Part shown: in pieces, positions 41,088 to 52,056 of the stretch
Numbering within the stretch: position 1 is the first letter of the stretch
Layout of the letters: each line of letters begins with the position of its first letter
NCBI GenBank assembly: GCA_003233345.1
Contig: QILK01000073.1
Location: 6,413-70,412, forward strand
Source: Gammaproteobacteria bacterium
Lineage (GTDB): Bacteria; Pseudomonadota; Gammaproteobacteria; SZUA-21
DNA: 64,000 nucleotides
Reading direction: 5' to 3'
The notes under the pieces: model-generated
Database searches by the model: none
What the model was told of the DNA's origin: nothing
What the model saw: the letters and a program-made list of their open reading frames with translations, nothing else
Translations under genes and position numbers: made by a program

Positions 41088-41840
41088 TTGAGTAAAGATA
41101 AATGGGAAGAGCAAATTGCATTAGTGACTGGGGCGAGCCGTGGCATTGGGAAAAGCATTGCCACTAATTTAGGTAAACTGGGTGCTAAAGTAGTCGGTAC
41201 GGCCACATCAGAACAGGGAGCCAGTAACATAACCGCTTACCTAAAAGAGGCCGGCATAGAGGGTCAGGGTTGCGTGCTCAATGTATCTGATCCAGAAAGC
41301 GTCGCTAGCAGTGTCAAAACCGTGTCTGAATTATATGGTGCTATCACGGTTTTGGTAAATAATGCCGGAATTACTCGAGATAACCTATTATTGCGTATGT
41401 CACAAACAGAATGGGATGATGTTATTTCAACCAATCTAACCTCGGTTTATCGTTTATCAAAGGCCGTTCTTAGAGGTATGATGAAATCCCGAAAAGGTCG
41501 AATTATTAGTATTGCATCCGTTGTTGGTTTATCTGGAAATCCAGGGCAGGCAAACTATGCTGCAACAAAAGCCGGTTTGATTGGTTTTAGTAAATCACTG
41601 GCCAGAGAAATAGGATCACGTAATATTACCGTTAATGTTGTTGCCCCAGGATTTATTGATACTGATATGACCAAAGCGTTGGGCGAAGAACAGCGAAAGC
41701 AGTTAACAGAACAGATTCCATTGGCTCGATTGGGCCATAGCGACGATATTGCCAATGCGGTAGCATTTCTTGCATCTGCAAATGCAGGTTATATTACTGG
41801 TGAAACTTTGAACGTTAATGGTGGTATGTATATGCATTAG
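41088..41840 (+). CDS. fabG: 3-oxoacyl-ACP reductase
   Basis: 250 aa with a TTG start preceded by GGAGA (ALVTGASRGIGKSIA...YAATKAG, SDR family). Confidence 0.9.
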   Translation: MSKDKWEEQIALVTGASRGIGKSIATNLGKLGAKVVGTATSEQGASNITAYLKEAGIEGQGCVLNVSDPESVASSVKTVSELYGAITVLVNNAGITRDNLLLRMSQTEWDDVISTNLTSVYRLSKAVLRGMMKSRKGRIISIASVVGLSGNPGQANYAATKAGLIGFSKSLAREIGSRNITVNVVAPGFIDTDMTKALGEEQRKQLTEQIPLARLGHSDDIANAVAFLASANAGYITGETLNVNGGMYMH

Positions 41841-42076
41841 CAAAAAGTCATCAGTTTTAGCAAATATTTTCTAATAGATGAATAAGTAACAGTTATAGAT
41901 ATATAGTTTTAAGATTAATAAATTACCATATATTGTTGAAATATAACAATATATAAGGATAACCATTAATTAGAGATGATGATTATTAAATATGGTAAGT
42001 TGGTTGGTATTTAACTACAATACGGCCCGCAACAAGCCTCATCTATAAATTTTAACCTAAACAATAGGACGATGAT

Positions 42077-42319
42077 ATGAGTAGTATCCAAGAACGCGTC
42101 AAGAAAATAGTCATAGAAAATCTGGGCGCCAAAGAAGAAGATGTAACGAATGAAGCTTCGTTTGTGGATGATTTAGGTGCCGATTCTTTAGATACTGTAG
42201 AGTTGGTTTTAAGCTTGGAAGAAGAATTTGATTGTGAGATTCCTGATGATGTTGCCGACAATATTACCACCGTGCAACAGGTCATAGATTATATCAGTCA
42301 GAATGCAAAAGGCAGCTGA
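42077..42319 (+). CDS. acpP: Acyl carrier protein
   Basis: 80 aa with the [13 protein letters not shown] phosphopantetheine attachment motif. Confidence 0.95.
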   Translation: MSSIQERVKKIVIENLGAKEEDVTNEASFVDDLGADSLDTVELVLSLEEEFDCEIPDDVADNITTVQQVIDYISQNAKGS

Positions 42320-42347
42320 TAGTAGTATATAGAAGCATAGCAAATCA

Positions 42348-42387
42348 AAGGAATTCCGCCTGAATACTGGTTGATACGGAATTCCTT
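42348..42387 (+). terminator. Hairpin plus T-tract downstream of acpP (acpP-fabF attenuator/terminator)
   Basis: aaggaattccgcc-tgaatactggttgata-cggaattcctt followed by gttctatttc. An attenuating terminator between acpP and fabF is known in E. coli. Confidence 0.5.
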
Positions 42388-42551
42388 GTTCTATTTCAAA
42401 CTATCAGTTAGTCCTTTATTACGAACTTGCATATCTTAGTCAGCGGCCTTATTCATTTGCAAAAAATTAACTGAAATTAGACGATCATCTATAGTATTTA
42501 TTTCGTTAGCACAATTTCCCATGAAACCTGTGCAATTATTAGGAGAGTATT

Positions 42552-43790
42552 TTGTCAAATCGGCGCGTGGTCATCACAGGACTTGGTATCTTGTCTCCAG
42601 TCGGCCTGACGGTTGATGAAAGCTGGAACAACATCTTGGCGGGTAAAAGTGGTATAAGTCCCATTACCAGTTTTGATATAAGCACTTATCCTTGCCGTTT
42701 TGGTGGCATTATTAAAGGGTTCGATGCAAAAAAATATATCAAACCCAAGGATGTTAAAAAAATGGATGGTTTTATCCATTACGGTATCGCTGCTGGTATC
42801 GAAGCTGTCGAGGATTCGGGTATTAGCGTTGAAAATTGTGATGCTGAACGTATTGGTGTTTCTATCGGCTCAGGGATTGGTGGAGTCGCGTCAATCGAAA
42901 ACGGTTATGATACTGTCATCAATCAAGGTCCAAAAAAACTGACCCCGTTTTTTATACCACAATGTATTATTAATATGATTTCTGGCAACCTATCAATTAA
43001 ATACGGTTTTAAAGGACCAAATCTCGCTATTGTAACTGCCTGTACCACGGGTACGCATAATATTGGTCAATCAGCCCGTATCATAAAATACGGTGATGCC
43101 GATGTGATGATCGCTGGCGGCGCTGAGATGGCCAGTACTCATACTGGGATGGCCGGTTTTGCTGCGGCCCGTGCATTGTCTACCCGAAATGACGATCCAC
43201 AACGCGCAAGTCGTCCGTGGGACAAGGATCGTGATGGTTTTGTACTCGGAGATGGTGCCGGTGTATTGGTACTTGAAGAGTATGAGCACGCAAAAAAACG
43301 CGGTGCAAAAATTTATGCCGAACTGAGTGGTTTTGGAATGAGTGGCGACGCATTTCATATGACCAACCCGCTTGCTGGCGGAGAGGGTGCTGCACAATGT
43401 ATGCAAGGTAGTTTTAAAGACAGTGAGATCAATGCCTCTGAAGTCGATTATATCAACGCCCATGGCACCTCGACACCCGCCGGTGATATTGCTGAAACAG
43501 TTGCTATCAAAGCCGCTTTGGGCGAACATGCCAATAAAGTTGCAGTCAGTTCTACCAAATCAATGATCGGCCACTTACTTGGCGCAGCCGGTGGTGTTGA
43601 GGCTGTCTTTTCAATATTGGCTATTCGTGATCAGGTCGCACCACCGACTATCAACCTCGATAATCAAGATCCGGCCTGCGATTTAGACTATGTTCCCAAC
43701 ACCGCCCGAGAAATGAAAATCGATATAGTGTTGTCAAATTCGTTTGGTTTTGGTGGTACTAATGGTTCATTGGTATTTAGAAAGCTATAA
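42552..43790 (+). CDS. fabF: 3-oxoacyl-ACP synthase II
   Basis: 412 aa with a TTG start after AGGAGA ([15 protein letters not shown]...[11 protein letters not shown]...HGTSTPAGD). Confidence 0.9.
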   Translation: MSNRRVVITGLGILSPVGLTVDESWNNILAGKSGISPITSFDISTYPCRFGGIIKGFDAKKYIKPKDVKKMDGFIHYGIAAGIEAVEDSGISVENCDAERIGVSIGSGIGGVASIENGYDTVINQGPKKLTPFFIPQCIINMISGNLSIKYGFKGPNLAIVTACTTGTHNIGQSARIIKYGDADVMIAGGAEMASTHTGMAGFAAARALSTRNDDPQRASRPWDKDRDGFVLGDGAGVLVLEEYEHAKKRGAKIYAELSGFGMSGDAFHMTNPLAGGEGAAQCMQGSFKDSEINASEVDYINAHGTSTPAGDIAETVAIKAALGEHANKVAVSSTKSMIGHLLGAAGGVEAVFSILAIRDQVAPPTINLDNQDPACDLDYVPNTAREMKIDIVLSNSFGFGGTNGSLVFRKL

Positions 43791-43831
43791 ATCGGGTATC
43801 GTTATATCCGCAAAAAAATCCTTTTAGAAAG

Positions 43832-45223
43832 ATGAAGCAGGACAACTTCAAGGTCCAAGAAATACCCGGGCGCGTTCCACTACGACAGTTGCAAGCCGTT
43901 AATAAAGAACGATACCCTTATCTGCTGGAAAGTGTCATTGGCAGCAAAAATGCCAATCAGTTTGATATTCTGTTTGCGTTTCCACAAGAATCGCTGATTT
44001 TAAATAATCAAGGCTGTCTGCAAGGTGCTGTACTTAAATCTAAAGCTAAATCAAAACCGTCTTGCCATTTTCTTGATGTGTTAAATGAATGGATTGGTGA
44101 AAATAAGATAGAACATTCGCAATCACAAACGCTACCTTTTTGCGGTGGCTGGTTTGTTTATCTTGGTTACGAATTGACGCAACAAATTGAAGCCAAAGTC
44201 ACCTTTTTCCAGTCCAGTGACAGTTTTCCGATCGCCTTCGCCACGCGCTGTCCTGCAGCTATCATTGTCGATAAACTGAATAACATAAGTTACCTGTTCA
44301 GTGAAAATAATTTTGTTAAAACGCTTGAAAAAATGCAAGCTGATTTACATGCCTTGCGTGATCATTCTCGACACGATGGTGATATCTCGCAAACCTGTAT
44401 TGAAAAACTAAATGAAGATAACGCCGATCTCTATCTGCGTGGCGTCGAGAAGATTAAAAACTATATCCGTGATGGCGATGTATTTCAGGTTAATTATGCA
44501 CGAACATGGCGGGCGCAATTAAAGCCAGGGGTTAGTGCCAGTGAGGTTTATCATCGACTTTGCGAAAGTAATCCGGCACCGTTTGCCGGATTAATTCATT
44601 GGCAAGATTACGCCATTATCAGTTCCTCGCCCGAACGTTTGGTACAGGTTCAGAATAATATCGTGCAAACACGGCCTATCGCCGGTACCCGGCCGCGGTC
44701 TGACGATGATACTCGAGATGCTGATATGATCTCGGAATTGTTATCGCACCCAAAAGAGATCGCCGAGCATATAATGCTGGTGGATCTGGAAAGAAATGAT
44801 TTAGGACGAATCTGCGTACCCGGTAGCATTCATGTTGATGAGTTTGTTGTACCGGAAACTTATCAGCATGTACATCACATCGTCTCTAATATTCGCGGAC
44901 AACTTATAGCAGACTGTTTACCCGGTGATGTGATCAAAGCGGTGTTTCCAGGTGGAACCATTACCGGCTGTCCAAAGGTACGGTGCATGGAAATTATTTC
45001 TGAATTGGAAAAAACGTCAAGAGGTTGCTATACCGGTTCAATGGGTTATATCAATCGAAACGGCGATATGGATATTAATATTCTGATTCGCACTCTGTTT
45101 AAAGACCATAACAAACTCACCATTAAGGCCGGTGCCGGCATTGTTACCGATTCGATCCCCGAGAAAGAACTGGCTGAAACCCGAGCCAAAGCCAAAGGCA
45201 TGTTAAAAGCGCTATGTCCATAA
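43832..45223 (+). CDS. pabB: Aminodeoxychorismate synthase component I (chorismate-binding enzyme)
   Basis: 463 aa with C-terminal chorismate-utilising motifs (SSSPERLV...GAGIVTDSIPEKELAET). Its location next to pabC favours PabB over TrpE. Confidence 0.75.
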   Translation: MKQDNFKVQEIPGRVPLRQLQAVNKERYPYLLESVIGSKNANQFDILFAFPQESLILNNQGCLQGAVLKSKAKSKPSCHFLDVLNEWIGENKIEHSQSQTLPFCGGWFVYLGYELTQQIEAKVTFFQSSDSFPIAFATRCPAAIIVDKLNNISYLFSENNFVKTLEKMQADLHALRDHSRHDGDISQTCIEKLNEDNADLYLRGVEKIKNYIRDGDVFQVNYARTWRAQLKPGVSASEVYHRLCESNPAPFAGLIHWQDYAIISSSPERLVQVQNNIVQTRPIAGTRPRSDDDTRDADMISELLSHPKEIAEHIMLVDLERNDLGRICVPGSIHVDEFVVPETYQHVHHIVSNIRGQLIADCLPGDVIKAVFPGGTITGCPKVRCMEIISELEKTSRGCYTGSMGYINRNGDMDINILIRTLFKDHNKLTIKAGAGIVTDSIPEKELAETRAKAKGMLKALCP

Positions 45224-46047
45224 TACGCTGCTTGATCAATGGCGAAGACAAGTGCGAAGTGCCGGTTTCCGACAGGGGCCTGCAATACGGGCACGGTGTG
45301 TTTGAAACTATTTTATATAAGTCAGGAAACTTGCAGCTATGGAATAAACATATGCAGCGGTTGCGGTTAGGTTGTGAGCGTCTCGAAATCGATTTACCCG
45401 ATACCCGTACTTTATATCGGGAGGCGAAAAAAATTTGTGACGATGATGATAAGCTAATCCTTAAAATAATCATTACTCGCGGTGACTCAGACAAGGGATA
45501 TTTGCCAGATAAAGGTGCTAAAAGTAGGCGTATTCTCTATACCACAGCCTATTTGCAGCGTTACCAGACAGAAACCCCCCAGGGTATTGATGTCGCACTC
45601 TGTCAGCAGAAACTGACGCATAATCGAAAACTGGCAGGTATCAAGCACCTCAACCGTCTTGAGCAGGTTTTAGCCAGAACTGAGTGGGATGGCGATCAAT
45701 ATGACGAAGGGATTTTGACAGATCTTGATGACTATCTGATTTCTGGCACAATGAGCAATGTCTTTTTTGTTAAAGACAAGACGATTATCACCCCAGATTT
45801 GTCACTATGTGGCGTTAACGGTATCGTTAGAGAATTAGTGCTTGAATTAGCGCCAGAATTAGGATTTGAGACTAATATTAGAAAAATAAAACTGAACGAA
45901 ATATCAACATTTAGGGAAATGTTTTTAACTAATAGCCTTATAAAAATATGCCCAATAAAATCGTTTAATGGAAGGAAGTTTGCAAGCCCTGGTAGGGTTA
46001 CAATAACGTTAATAAATCGATTAATAAATTTCTTAAAAGAACGATAA
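45214..46047 (+). CDS. pabC: Aminodeoxychorismate lyase (class IV aminotransferase fold)
   Basis: 277 aa. Conserved position upstream of mltG, as in E. coli; class IV PLP-enzyme motifs. Confidence 0.7.
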   Translation: MSIIRCLINGEDKCEVPVSDRGLQYGHGVFETILYKSGNLQLWNKHMQRLRLGCERLEIDLPDTRTLYREAKKICDDDDKLILKIIITRGDSDKGYLPDKGAKSRRILYTTAYLQRYQTETPQGIDVALCQQKLTHNRKLAGIKHLNRLEQVLARTEWDGDQYDEGILTDLDDYLISGTMSNVFFVKDKTIITPDLSLCGVNGIVRELVLELAPELGFETNIRKIKLNEISTFREMFLTNSLIKICPIKSFNGRKFASPGRVTITLINRLINFLKER

Positions 46048-46057
46048 CGATAGACAA

Positions 46058-47116
46058 ATGAAAAAACTAATTATTAAAGCAGTGATTATTAATACCCTGG
46101 TGATTGGACTGGTGGCGGGTTGGTTTATTCTTGACTACCAGGAATTTTTATCAACACCCTTGAAACTGGGTGAGCAAGGTGGTTCTCTTTTTGTAAAGAA
46201 GGGGGCGTCCTTTCGTAGCGTTACCAATGATCTGAAAAAAAGAAAGATAATATCGAGTCCAAAGTATTTGGTTTGGCATGCCAGGTTAACAGGTAAAGCC
46301 AATAAACTTCATGTTGGCGAATACATTATTCCAAAAGGCACGACACCCAGAACGTTGTTGCATTTACTGGTAAGTGGTAAAGTGAAAAATTATTCCGTTA
46401 CGTTTGTTGAAGGCTGGACCTTCAAGCAAATGTTAGTCGCAATTAATAATCACCCGGAAATCAAGCAGACGTTAACAGGCCTTAATAAAAAGCAAATTAT
46501 GGAAAAGATCGGTAAACCGGGTCTTGATCCTGAGGGTAGATTTTTTCCCGATACTTATCAATTTCCAAAAGACTTTACGGATGTCGAAATCTTGAAACGC
46601 GCCTACCGGTTAATGGAAGAGAAATTAAATGAGGAATGGGCAAAACGCGAGAAAAATTTACCCATCAAAACACCCTACGAAGCATTAATTCTAGCGTCGG
46701 TAGTGGAAAGAGAAACGGGTACAGCCTCCGAACGCCGTACCATCGCTGGGGTGTTTATAAGACGTCTAAGGATTGGAATGCGCTTACAATCGGATCCGAC
46801 TGTCATTTATGGTATGGGTGATGCCTATAAAGGTAATATCAGGCGCAAAGATCTTAGAAAAGATACTGCACACAACACCTATACTCGCGCAGGATTACCC
46901 ATTACCCCGATAGCGATGCCGTCTGGTAAAGCGATAGAGGCGGTTTTACACCCCGAGCCGGGAAAATCACTTTATTTTGTTGCCCGTGGTGATGGCAGTG
47001 GCACACACAAGTTTTCCGATAACCTTAGACAGCATAATAACGCCGTTATTAAACATCAGCTAAAAGGGCGGAAACGACCCTTTTCGTCTTATCCCGGGAA
47101 AAGCAAGAAGAAATAA
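46058..47116 (+). CDS. mltG: Endolytic murein transglycosylase MltG (YceG)
   Basis: 352 aa with an N-terminal TM helix and YceG domain (SVVERETGTASERRTIAGVFIRRL...LQSDPTVIYG). Confidence 0.85.
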   Translation: MKKLIIKAVIINTLVIGLVAGWFILDYQEFLSTPLKLGEQGGSLFVKKGASFRSVTNDLKKRKIISSPKYLVWHARLTGKANKLHVGEYIIPKGTTPRTLLHLLVSGKVKNYSVTFVEGWTFKQMLVAINNHPEIKQTLTGLNKKQIMEKIGKPGLDPEGRFFPDTYQFPKDFTDVEILKRAYRLMEEKLNEEWAKREKNLPIKTPYEALILASVVERETGTASERRTIAGVFIRRLRIGMRLQSDPTVIYGMGDAYKGNIRRKDLRKDTAHNTYTRAGLPITPIAMPSGKAIEAVLHPEPGKSLYFVARGDGSGTHKFSDNLRQHNNAVIKHQLKGRKRPFSSYPGKSKKK

Positions 47117-47117
47117 T

Positions 47118-47780
47118 ATGCGCACTCGTTTCCCGTTTTTTATTTCCGTTGAAGGATCTGAAGGGGCCGGCAAGACTAGTAATGTTAATTTCGTTAAAGA
47201 GACTTTGCAAGCCAGGGGTTGTAAAGTTTGCGTCACTCGCGAACCGGGGGGCACCGCGATCGGTGAATTACTACGTGAAATTTTATTAGAAAAGCACGAG
47301 AAACCAATTAATGACCAGACCGAACTGCTCATTATGTTTGCTGCCAGAGTGCAACATGTTGAGCAAGTAATTAAACCGGCGTTGGCAAAAGGCGAATGCG
47401 TTCTATGTGACCGTTTTACCGATGCCACTTATGCGTATCAGGGCGGTGGCCGTGGTATTGACCATGACCGGATAAGCGCTTTGGAAAAGTGGACGCTTGG
47501 TGATTTTAAGCCTGATCTTACCCTGTTGCTAGATATTCCAGTAGCAGTGGGCATGCAGCGAATACGCAAACGTGGTGAACTAGACCGGTTTGAAGTTGAA
47601 GATCTTAGTTTTTTTGAAAGAGTGCGCAGTGCCTATCTCGATCTTGCCAATAAACATAACGAGCGTATCCATACAATAGATGCATCGCAAACACTCGAAC
47701 AAGTACAATTGCAAATCAAAGCAGTACTTGATCGTCATTTAGATTTATCGACAGCAAAACATCCAGAGCCATCCTGGTAA
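47118..47780 (+). CDS. tmk: Thymidylate kinase
   Basis: 220 aa with a P-loop (FISVEGSEGAGKTS) and DRF motif. Confidence 0.9.
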   Translation: MRTRFPFFISVEGSEGAGKTSNVNFVKETLQARGCKVCVTREPGGTAIGELLREILLEKHEKPINDQTELLIMFAARVQHVEQVIKPALAKGECVLCDRFTDATYAYQGGGRGIDHDRISALEKWTLGDFKPDLTLLLDIPVAVGMQRIRKRGELDRFEVEDLSFFERVRSAYLDLANKHNERIHTIDASQTLEQVQLQIKAVLDRHLDLSTAKHPEPSW

Positions 47781-48778
47781 TGGAAAATAATTTTTATAGT
47801 GATGATCAGCTATATCCATGGATGAAAACAAATTTTAATCGCTTGTTACTCAGGGCACACAATAACAAGTTACCCAATGCGTTTTTAATTGAAGGCAAAA
47901 GCGGGTTGGGGAAAATCGCATTAGCACGCCAGTTTGCAAAAAAACTGCTTTGTACGGGTAGTGCACTAGCAGGACCCGCCTGCGATACTTGTAATCATTG
48001 TCACTGGTTTAATGCCACAACACATCCGGATTTCACACAGATTAACCCTGCAGAAAAAAGCCATGTGATCAAGGTTGATCAGATTCGATATTTGAATGAT
48101 CGGATTGCTTTAAAAAGTCACGGCGAAAAATATAAAATCGTGATTATCGCTCCAGCGGAATCAATGAATATAAATGCGGCGAATAGTTTACTAAAATCGC
48201 TGGAAGAGCCACCCGGAGATACCCTGTTTCTATTGGTAAGTCACGACGCCGGGCTGCTGCCGATCACAGTTCGCAGTCGATGCCAGCGATTTATTGTACA
48301 CTCTCCGAATAAATCAGATTCGATCACCTGGTTAAAATCACAATCCGTAGCTGATCCCGAGAGATATCTAGCAATGGCGAATGATTCGCCCGTGACTGCG
48401 TTAGATTTTTCAACAAGAAATATGCTCGATCTATACAAAAGCATTATCAAAGATCTGGAATTTGTATTCGAGCAACAGGGTTCTGTTATCAGCATCGCTG
48501 AAAAGTGGCATGGTTATGACTTGCAGCCAGTGTTAACTTGGATGGGGCAATGGATTAGGGAAAGCATTAAGGCACAGCTGTTAGGTACCAAGTCGCCACA
48601 AAAGTCGCCGCTATTCAATATTAAAATGGATCTGCCGTTAATGTTTAGAGCATATACGCAAACGATACAGGCGAGTCATTTGCTTAAGACGGCTGTCAAT
48701 AAACAAATGATACTGGAATCCTTGCTTTTTACCTGGAATGGTCAGTTGCAAGAAAGTAATGGTTTAGGAACAAGGTAA
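47780..48778 (+). CDS. holB: DNA polymerase III delta' subunit
   Basis: 332 aa with an AAA+ clamp-loader fold (GKSGLGKIALARQFAKKLLC) and zinc module (CDTCNHCHWF). Confidence 0.8.
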   Translation: MENNFYSDDQLYPWMKTNFNRLLLRAHNNKLPNAFLIEGKSGLGKIALARQFAKKLLCTGSALAGPACDTCNHCHWFNATTHPDFTQINPAEKSHVIKVDQIRYLNDRIALKSHGEKYKIVIIAPAESMNINAANSLLKSLEEPPGDTLFLLVSHDAGLLPITVRSRCQRFIVHSPNKSDSITWLKSQSVADPERYLAMANDSPVTALDFSTRNMLDLYKSIIKDLEFVFEQQGSVISIAEKWHGYDLQPVLTWMGQWIRESIKAQLLGTKSPQKSPLFNIKMDLPLMFRAYTQTIQASHLLKTAVNKQMILESLLFTWNGQLQESNGLGTR

Positions 48779-48785
48779 TCTCAAT

Positions 48786-49133
48786 ATGAAAATGCCGCAA
48801 CGCCAAGGAATATTGTCGTTAACCATAAAAGACAAGAGCGCGCTTTACGCGGCTTATATGCCTTTTGTTAAAAATGGTGGTTTGTTTATTCCCACGCCTA
48901 AAGTATATAAAATTAAAGACGAAGTATTTATGTTGCTGACACTGATGGAAGAAACTGAGAAAATACCGATAGCCGGAAAAATCATTTGGGTGACACCAAA
49001 AGGTGCGCAGGGAAACCGGGCAGCAGGAATCGGTGTACAGTTTAGTGATCAAGATGGCGGTACGGCACGAAACAAGATTGAGACCTATCTTGGTGGTGCG
49101 TTAAAAGCCGATCGTCCAACGCATACGATGTAA
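48786..49133 (+). CDS. pilZ: PilZ domain protein (type IV pilus assembly PilZ-like)
   Basis: 115 aa (ILSLTIKDKSALYAAYMPFVKNGGLFIPT...). The holB-pilZ adjacency is as in Pseudomonas. Confidence 0.65.
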   Translation: MKMPQRQGILSLTIKDKSALYAAYMPFVKNGGLFIPTPKVYKIKDEVFMLLTLMEETEKIPIAGKIIWVTPKGAQGNRAAGIGVQFSDQDGGTARNKIETYLGGALKADRPTHTM

Positions 49134-49255
49134 TACTACTTCGAATTAAAACCGATTTCCTTTCGTTATTTCTTCAAATCTGTAGGTGAAACCCCTATTT
49201 AGATTGCGTTTTTTAATATATCCGGTATCCTTAATTTTATTGACGCAGTAGAAGA

Positions 49256-50068
49256 TTGATCGCTTGTGATATGACAAAAACCCCTAAAAATTCTTTACTT
49301 TTTCTAGTCCTGGTAAATTCTATGTGTTGGTGGGCGGCTTATGCCCAGGCAGGAAATATAAACAGCAATCCTAACGCAGAAGTGTCTTCTACGAGCGAAG
49401 CGAAAGCCGGTAATCCGCAGGCAACAAAACCGGATCTGGGGAAAGATCAATCAGCTATTGTTGGCGATCAGTCTAGTACCAAAGAAAAAATGCAGCAAAA
49501 TCCAGATCAACAAAACCTGCAAGGTAATGCCGAAGGTACGCCCGCAGGTAGCAGTGTAGTTCAATCGGAACAACAGGAACAACAGGAACAACCATTAGAT
49601 TTACGCTATGATTCTTCTACTGTCAAAGCCAAGCAACCGGTAGAAAAACCTGCTAAAAAACAAAAATTGCCGGATTTTACCCGTACGTACGGATATGATG
49701 CCAATCCCGATATTAAATTCAGACAAAAGAAAGTAGTACCAAAAACGGGCAAGGAAAAAGTAAAAGCGTTCAAGAAAAAGCTTAGACGAAAATTTTCTAA
49801 AACCACAAAAAAGGGCAGCCGATACGGTTTTCAGCGATATACGCGATCTTCGGGCAAAAAAAAGACGGGGTTAGGCTATAGTCGTAAGAATAAGAAGAAA
49901 AAGACTAAAAGCAGCTTAACTCTTCACCAGAATGGACTGAGCTTTGATCGTAAAGTTGATAAATTTAATTACCATATAGGTGTAGACGACAGGTCACCGA
50001 TAACATTGCCTGGAACGGCAGATGATGAACCGACGTATATGTTTTTTGGTATTGGGAAAGCATTTTAG
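49256..50068 (+). CDS. Hypothetical secreted low-complexity protein (Q/E-rich, then K/R-rich)
   Basis: 270 aa with a signal-like N-terminus. No motifs recognised. Confidence 0.4.
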   Translation: MIACDMTKTPKNSLLFLVLVNSMCWWAAYAQAGNINSNPNAEVSSTSEAKAGNPQATKPDLGKDQSAIVGDQSSTKEKMQQNPDQQNLQGNAEGTPAGSSVVQSEQQEQQEQPLDLRYDSSTVKAKQPVEKPAKKQKLPDFTRTYGYDANPDIKFRQKKVVPKTGKEKVKAFKKKLRRKFSKTTKKGSRYGFQRYTRSSGKKKTGLGYSRKNKKKKTKSSLTLHQNGLSFDRKVDKFNYHIGVDDRSPITLPGTADDEPTYMFFGIGKAF

Positions 50069-50195
50069 CAGTCGACAGCCGGGCTTTATCAACGTAGTTC
50101 TTTCGAATATTATCTGGACTGCTATAATCAAGTATAATTAATTGTGGGTTTAAGAGAATTTTTCACCACTGATTTTAGAGAGTAGCAGAACGATT

Positions 50196-50594
50196 ATGGC
50201 ATATTTGATAAACAAAAAAGGCGGTGGCGCGCCGATACAATTTCCCATCGAGAAATCACGGACAACACTTGGCAGACATAAAGATAATGATATCTGTGTG
50301 GATGATTCACTCGTGAGTAAGACGCATCTTTTTATTGAAATTAAAGAAACTGAAAAAGACTGTGTCGAATTTTATATAGAAGATCTTGGCAGTACTAATC
50401 AGACTTTCGTTAACAATCGAAAAATAACCCGAAAAAAACTGCGAAATAACGATGTTATTCGGGTTGGTATTACGTTGTTTGTCTTTATCGAATACGAAGA
50501 GCAGTCCTATGATACGACCGCAATTATCAAAAAATCATGGATTCCGGGTGTCTACTATACCAATAAAAAAAAGGATTCTAAGAAAGACAATTAG
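50196..50594 (+). CDS. FHA domain protein
   Basis: 132 aa (TTLGRHKDNDICVDDSLVSKTHLFIE...EDLGSTNQTFVNNRKI), the FHA phosphothreonine-binding signature. Confidence 0.6.
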   Translation: MAYLINKKGGGAPIQFPIEKSRTTLGRHKDNDICVDDSLVSKTHLFIEIKETEKDCVEFYIEDLGSTNQTFVNNRKITRKKLRNNDVIRVGITLFVFIEYEEQSYDTTAIIKKSWIPGVYYTNKKKDSKKDN

Positions 50595-50811
50595 TGTAGA
50601 TATTCCTTTCATTTAAATTTGCTGGCTATGTCCAGCCATATCGCGGTAAAATTAAACTATAAAACTCAAAATACCTAGTGGATAAATAGGCCAGTAAATT
50701 TTGTTATATGTTTGTTTTCCCACTATTGTTACATGGTTAAGCTATAAAAAATAGTACGCTAATTTATATCAATTCAGCATCCCTCTAAAAATCACGAGGT
50801 GAAAGAATTGC

Positions 50812-51318
50812 TTGTTAATTTGGAGGTTAATAATGTTATATCGAATTCGAATGCAGCGCTATGTTGCGATGGCTATAGTCACTACTTTATTCTTACTGTC
50901 GGCCAGTTGTGCCCAGGATGGAAAAAAGGAAAGAAGTGGACGCGTGGTTGGTGGCATACTGGGTGCTGTTGCAGGGGCCGCTCTTGGTGGAAAGAATCAC
51001 CGTGGTGTTGGGGCAGTATTAGGGGCTGTTGCCGGTAGCATGATCGGTGGTAGTGTTGGTAAATCCATGGATGCCAAAGATCGGCGACAAGCTGAAAGAG
51101 CTCTGGAACATAATCAAACGGGACAGACTAGTGCCTGGAAAAATCCGGATACGGGCAACTCGTATCGAGTCACACCAGTCAAAACCTATAGGAGTGTGGG
51201 ATCTGGTTTAGCCTGTCGAGAATATAAAACCGAAGCTATTGTTGATGGACGACGTGAAGTTATTCATGGACGCGCTTGCCGTACTGCTAGCGGTGGTTGG
51301 AAAGAAGATAAAGGTTAA
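50812..51318 (+). CDS. Glycine-zipper outer-membrane lipoprotein (17 kDa surface antigen family-like)
   Basis: Probable real start at the internal Met at 50854 or 50866 (lipobox LLSASC). Glycine zipper: GGILGAVAGAALGG...GAVLGAVAGSMIGG. Confidence 0.55.
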   Translation: MLIWRLIMLYRIRMQRYVAMAIVTTLFLLSASCAQDGKKERSGRVVGGILGAVAGAALGGKNHRGVGAVLGAVAGSMIGGSVGKSMDAKDRRQAERALEHNQTGQTSAWKNPDTGNSYRVTPVKTYRSVGSGLACREYKTEAIVDGRREVIHGRACRTASGGWKEDKG

Positions 51319-51373
51319 GGTTAACAAATTCCGGCTATAAAATAACCAGATATATAATAACCGGATATATAAT

Positions 51374-51405
51374 AAAAAGGCATCTTAATAAACGATGCCT
51401 TTTTA
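51374..51405. terminator. Bidirectional intrinsic terminator between convergent genes
   Basis: aaaaaggcatc-ttaataaac-gatgccttttt: a 9-bp stem with A/T tracts on both sides. Confidence 0.55.
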
Positions 51406-52056
51406 GGGCCAGTTGTCACGGGCTTTTATCGCTTCGTCATTAGCCGGTTCAGCAGATAACCCGCCTTGATTGATATGCACACGATAATGGGCCTTGTTGG
51501 CCAGAGGCATATAGACACTGCCACCAAACATCGTATCAAAATAGGGTAGCTGGTTTTTATATTTCTTGGTGAAATCCCAAACCTTAAGCCCAGGGTCTTT
51601 GTTAAGCTGATATGCAGTACGCCCGGAGTTACTGACTTCTTGAGTCAGTTTTTCATAACGGCCACTTAATCGCTCCAGTCGATAGATAGAATTAAACCCC
51701 AATATATTTCCTTGTGGTTTCCATTTAATGACCCGCACATCTAGTCGCCATTGATCGCCATTCACATCAAATTCATTTTTTTTGCCATCGGGTAAAACTA
51801 ATAAAAGTCGATAACGTTGATTGTCGATTTTATAAGCATGGACATCGGCAATGGTTTGCTTGTATACGAGTCGATCATATGTATAGAAATTGAGTCCAAT
51901 GGCAGCGAACAATGCACCAATTGACAGCATCACCACTGAAAACATTGAATGCCCGGCAGCGGCCAGTACATGTCTTTTTACAAGCCGCCGAAGTGCGGTA
52001 ATAAAAAAGGTCAGCCCCAATACAAAAAAGATTATCGCTATGATCGTTAGATTCAT
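51403..52056 (-). CDS. Hypothetical membrane-anchored protein (217 aa, two N-terminal TM helices)
   Basis: ORF with hydrophobic N-terminal helices; no motif. Confidence 0.45.
   Translation of the reverse strand: MNLTIIAIIFFVLGLTFFITALRRLVKRHVLAAAGHSMFSVVMLSIGALFAAIGLNFYTYDRLVYKQTIADVHAYKIDNQRYRLLLVLPDGKKNEFDVNGDQWRLDVRVIKWKPQGNILGFNSIYRLERLSGRYEKLTQEVSNSGRTAYQLNKDPGLKVWDFTKKYKNQLPYFDTMFGGSVYMPLANKAHYRVHINQGGLSAEPANDEAIKARDNWP

Noticed and set aside
50799-51038. 79-aa ORF overlapping the start of the glycine-zipper lipoprotein gene
   Set aside because: Alternative frame of the same region. The lipobox/glycine-zipper frame is the coherent one.
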